A DNA stretch of 64,000 bases, filler included, from Jimgerdemannia flammicorona (Eukaryota), in the NCBI GenBank assembly GCA_003990765.1. It is 3 parts of 3 records of this genome, joined end to end, with 100 filler letters (N's around TTAATTAATTAA, not from the genome) between each part and the next. Parts side by side here need not be neighbours in the genome. Positions count along the whole stretch, not along the records: positions 42,781 to 64,000 come from RBNJ01001502.1; 2 more parts are not named here. One strand, given 5' to 3'. Under the pieces are notes generated by a model. That model did not search any database and was not told the origin of the DNA. It worked only from the letters and a program-made list of their open reading frames with translations. This document shows, one piece after another, positions 61,301 to 64,000 of this stretch. The first letter of the stretch is position 1; each line of letters opens with the position of its first letter. The position numbers and the translations under genes were made by a program.

Positions 61301-64000
61301 GAGGAGCTAAAGGGAATACTGAGACAAGAGGAGGATCTTCAGATTAAGAACATGGTGGCCCAGCTGTAGTGGCAGGAATTGGAGGAGAGGGAGAGACTCT
61401 CTAAATTTTTGTCATGGCTGATGCAGGTGAGGAGAGTATGCCAGCAGTGGGAGGGGGTTTTGGATAAGGATGTGGAGTTAGTTGTGGGAATATTGGAGAT
61501 TTTGGATCAGTTGAGCAGGTAGTGGAGATATTTGTAGAGTGAGAAGGATGGAGGGGTGGGGGTGCTGGACATTGACAGGCACTTGAAGGAATGGCAGTCT
61601 GATTTGGCAGCTGGCTTAGGTGACCTTGGTGCTGCTGTCCAAGGGGAGGAGTTTCAGCAGATTCTGATGATGATGAGCTTTGGGACTATGCTAGGGGAGA
61701 ATGACTTATAGTGGGATTTCTGAAAGAAGATGGCAGGAGTTGAGTTAGTCCTGGAGGAAATAACAGCAATGTACAATGATGTAATTGGCTCTAGGGCATG
61801 AATTGGAGGACAGAACTTGGGTCTTGTGGCTCTGCTGTTTAAGAATAAGAGGAGGAGATAAGAGTGGAAGAACTGGTGACCAATTATGCTTTGGGATATA
61901 TGTAGATCACAAACTGGTTATGACAATACTGGTGGCCAGGCTGCAAGGAGTAGCACAACACGTTCTGAGGTCTGAGCAGAAAGGATTCATAGGGAGATAA
62001 CTGATCAGAGACAGGACAGCTTGGGGATATAGAGTGATTGAGAGTATACACACTACTGGGGTGGATAGATGACTGGTTTTCTTAGACCAGAAGAAGGCCT
62101 ATGATAGAGTATAGTGAGTGTGGTTGAAAAGGGTGCTAAAGTACATTGAAGAGCTCTCTGGGGTGAGGGCTTTGGTCAGTCTGCTGGAAGAGTGTTGGGC
62201 AGTGATCATAGTGAATAAGTATAGAGTTATCTCTTTCCCCCTAGGCAGAGGAGTGCTACAGGGGGGTCCACTGTTGCAAATTCTATATGTGTTGTCCCTG
62301 GAGTCTCTTTTGGATAGGATATAGTAAAAGGTGGGAAGGTTGGACATTCTGGAGGCTAATTGGAAGGTAGGGGTCTTTACTGATAATATGGTGATTGGAC
62401 TGGAATCAGCTGAGAATGTTGTGGTACTGAAAGGTACAGTAGAGTGATATGAGGAGTGCTTGGGTGCTAAGCTCAACTAGTATAAGTGTGAGACTTTGGT
62501 GTTGAGAGAAGGGATAGTTGGTGGAGATATGATTGGAACAATTGTCTCTATAGGAGAGGCTGTTCACTATCTGGGAATCTACTTTTCAGTATATAGCTCC
62601 TTGTTATCTCACAAGTAGTGGGAGCAGTGGTTGGCAGAGTGGGGAGGTACTCTCTTAGGGTAGAGTTGTCACTATATATCTCTGACAGAGAGTATTACAG
62701 TATTGAATATCTACTGAATATCTAAGCTATGGTATCTCAGATATTATCTGGACTTCTCAGTATAAGTGGTTAAGTAATTGCTGAAGATGCCAAGACATTG
62801 ATATGGATGGAGTGATAGAGTCAGATTGGTTGAGAGGTATTGACCTGGTCAATAGACCAGGGTAGCCTGAGCCTGGTGGATTTCCCCAAGTATCTTCACT
62901 GCTTGAAGGCTTGATGGATAAAGTAATTGAGTAAGTTGCAAGGTAGAGAGAGGGTTCTCCTCATGCAGAGGGTCTGGGGGGTCCAGTTCTCCCCCCAAGG
63001 GGCAACTGGGGATCTTCTATATTTGGTAATATTGGAGGAGAGTCAGAGGATGTGCTATCAGGTATTTTGGTAAGGAGTGGTTGATGGAGCCCACCATATT
63101 GGTCTCTGATGGTAGAGTGATAAGGGGGAGGAGGAATGGGGACCCCAGATGTAGAGGTAGAACTGCCTTCTGTTAGGCAGGGTACTAGTGGATGACTTCT
63201 GTTTGGAGGATAGCATGGAGTACCTTCAGGAACATTGAAGAGATCTGTGGCCTGAGGTGTGGCAGAGGGTGGGGATTGAAGAGGAGTGGAACTGGAATAG
63301 CATTTGTAGTAGAGCAAGTGGTGGTGAGATGGATCTCCTCCAAGTTCTGGATAATTTGGTGGAGAATTCTACAGTATAATATAATGTTGAACTACCAGAC
63401 AGGTCACTTGGTGGAAGGAGGAACCCAGAAGTGAGGGGAGTGTGTGAATGTCAAGCAGGAGAGAGGAGTGGTACAGATGTCTGAACATTGGCTAGGGGAG
63501 TGTGAGGTTTTTGGGTGTCTTTTGAAAAGTGATTGAGGTATAGCTAGGGGTCTACCCACTAGGGTTAATAACTGAAGAGAGGTGGGGCGACCTCCAGAGA
63601 AGGCTGGTTGGGGGGTTGAGAGATGAGTAATTGATATGAAGGGGTGCTGGCAATTTGGGTTGATCTTGTAGATCATTGGCTCTCTGTATTTGAGGAGGGA
63701 CAATGGTTGACATTGGGGGTAAAGATGGCTAGATAGAAGTGGCTGATGATGGATATATTGAATGAGTGGTAGAGGGGTAGAGGTGCTGGTGGGGGGTATT
63801 AGAGGCAATTAGTAGAGACTATCTATAGAAAGAGTGGGGAGAGAATGGGGGTGATATAGAGATTAATAGTGTTTCGGAGAAATAGTGAGAGAGAGAGAGA
63901 GTTTCTGAGGAGGATAGGATGAGGAGCTCATTTGTATTAGTAGTACATTATAGATAATTAGTAATAAAGTGGAAGTCTATATAACTATAAAAAAAAAAAA
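58329..64000 (+). mobile_element. Family A copy A6, full length, decayed, ending in poly(A)
   Basis: 5' end matches A3/A2; ORF1 fragments; MNSIT*ILSLNINGL at 60272; LDQKKAYDRV, GRGVLQGGPL, YLGI; EHWLGECE; A-run at the window end. Confidence 0.9.

Overview
Eukaryotic transposon-dense DNA with no intact host gene. It is probably from a fungus with TTAGGG telomeres, possibly an early-diverging lineage (inference only). The window is three separate ~21.3-kb contigs joined by artificial 100-nt spacers (N44-TTAATTAATTAA-N44 at 21292-21391 and 42681-42780), so nothing should be inferred across those joins. Contents: (i) at least 8 copies or fragments of an L1/Tx1-like LINE family ('A': ORF1 + APE-RT ORF2, poly(A) tail, two copies with TSDs, nested in each other). 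(ii) Four same-orientation copies of a second APE-RT LINE ('B'); every copy with an intact 3' end terminates in telomeric (CCCTAA)n rather than poly(A), and three form a head-to-tail array of 5'-truncated copies. This is the best candidate for a novel system (telomere-associated LINE). (iii) A decayed intron-containing hAT transposon preceded by two abutting long hairpins that share a 24-bp palindromic core. (iv) Three Ty3/gypsy LTR elements, all with dUTPase and all with a related uncharacterised accessory ORF between pol and the 3' LTR; two also share a small Cys/His-rich domain placed in a different order. All elements are inactivated, mostly by C->T/G->A transitions concentrated at CpG. 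Coordinates were read by eye and element boundaries are approximate.
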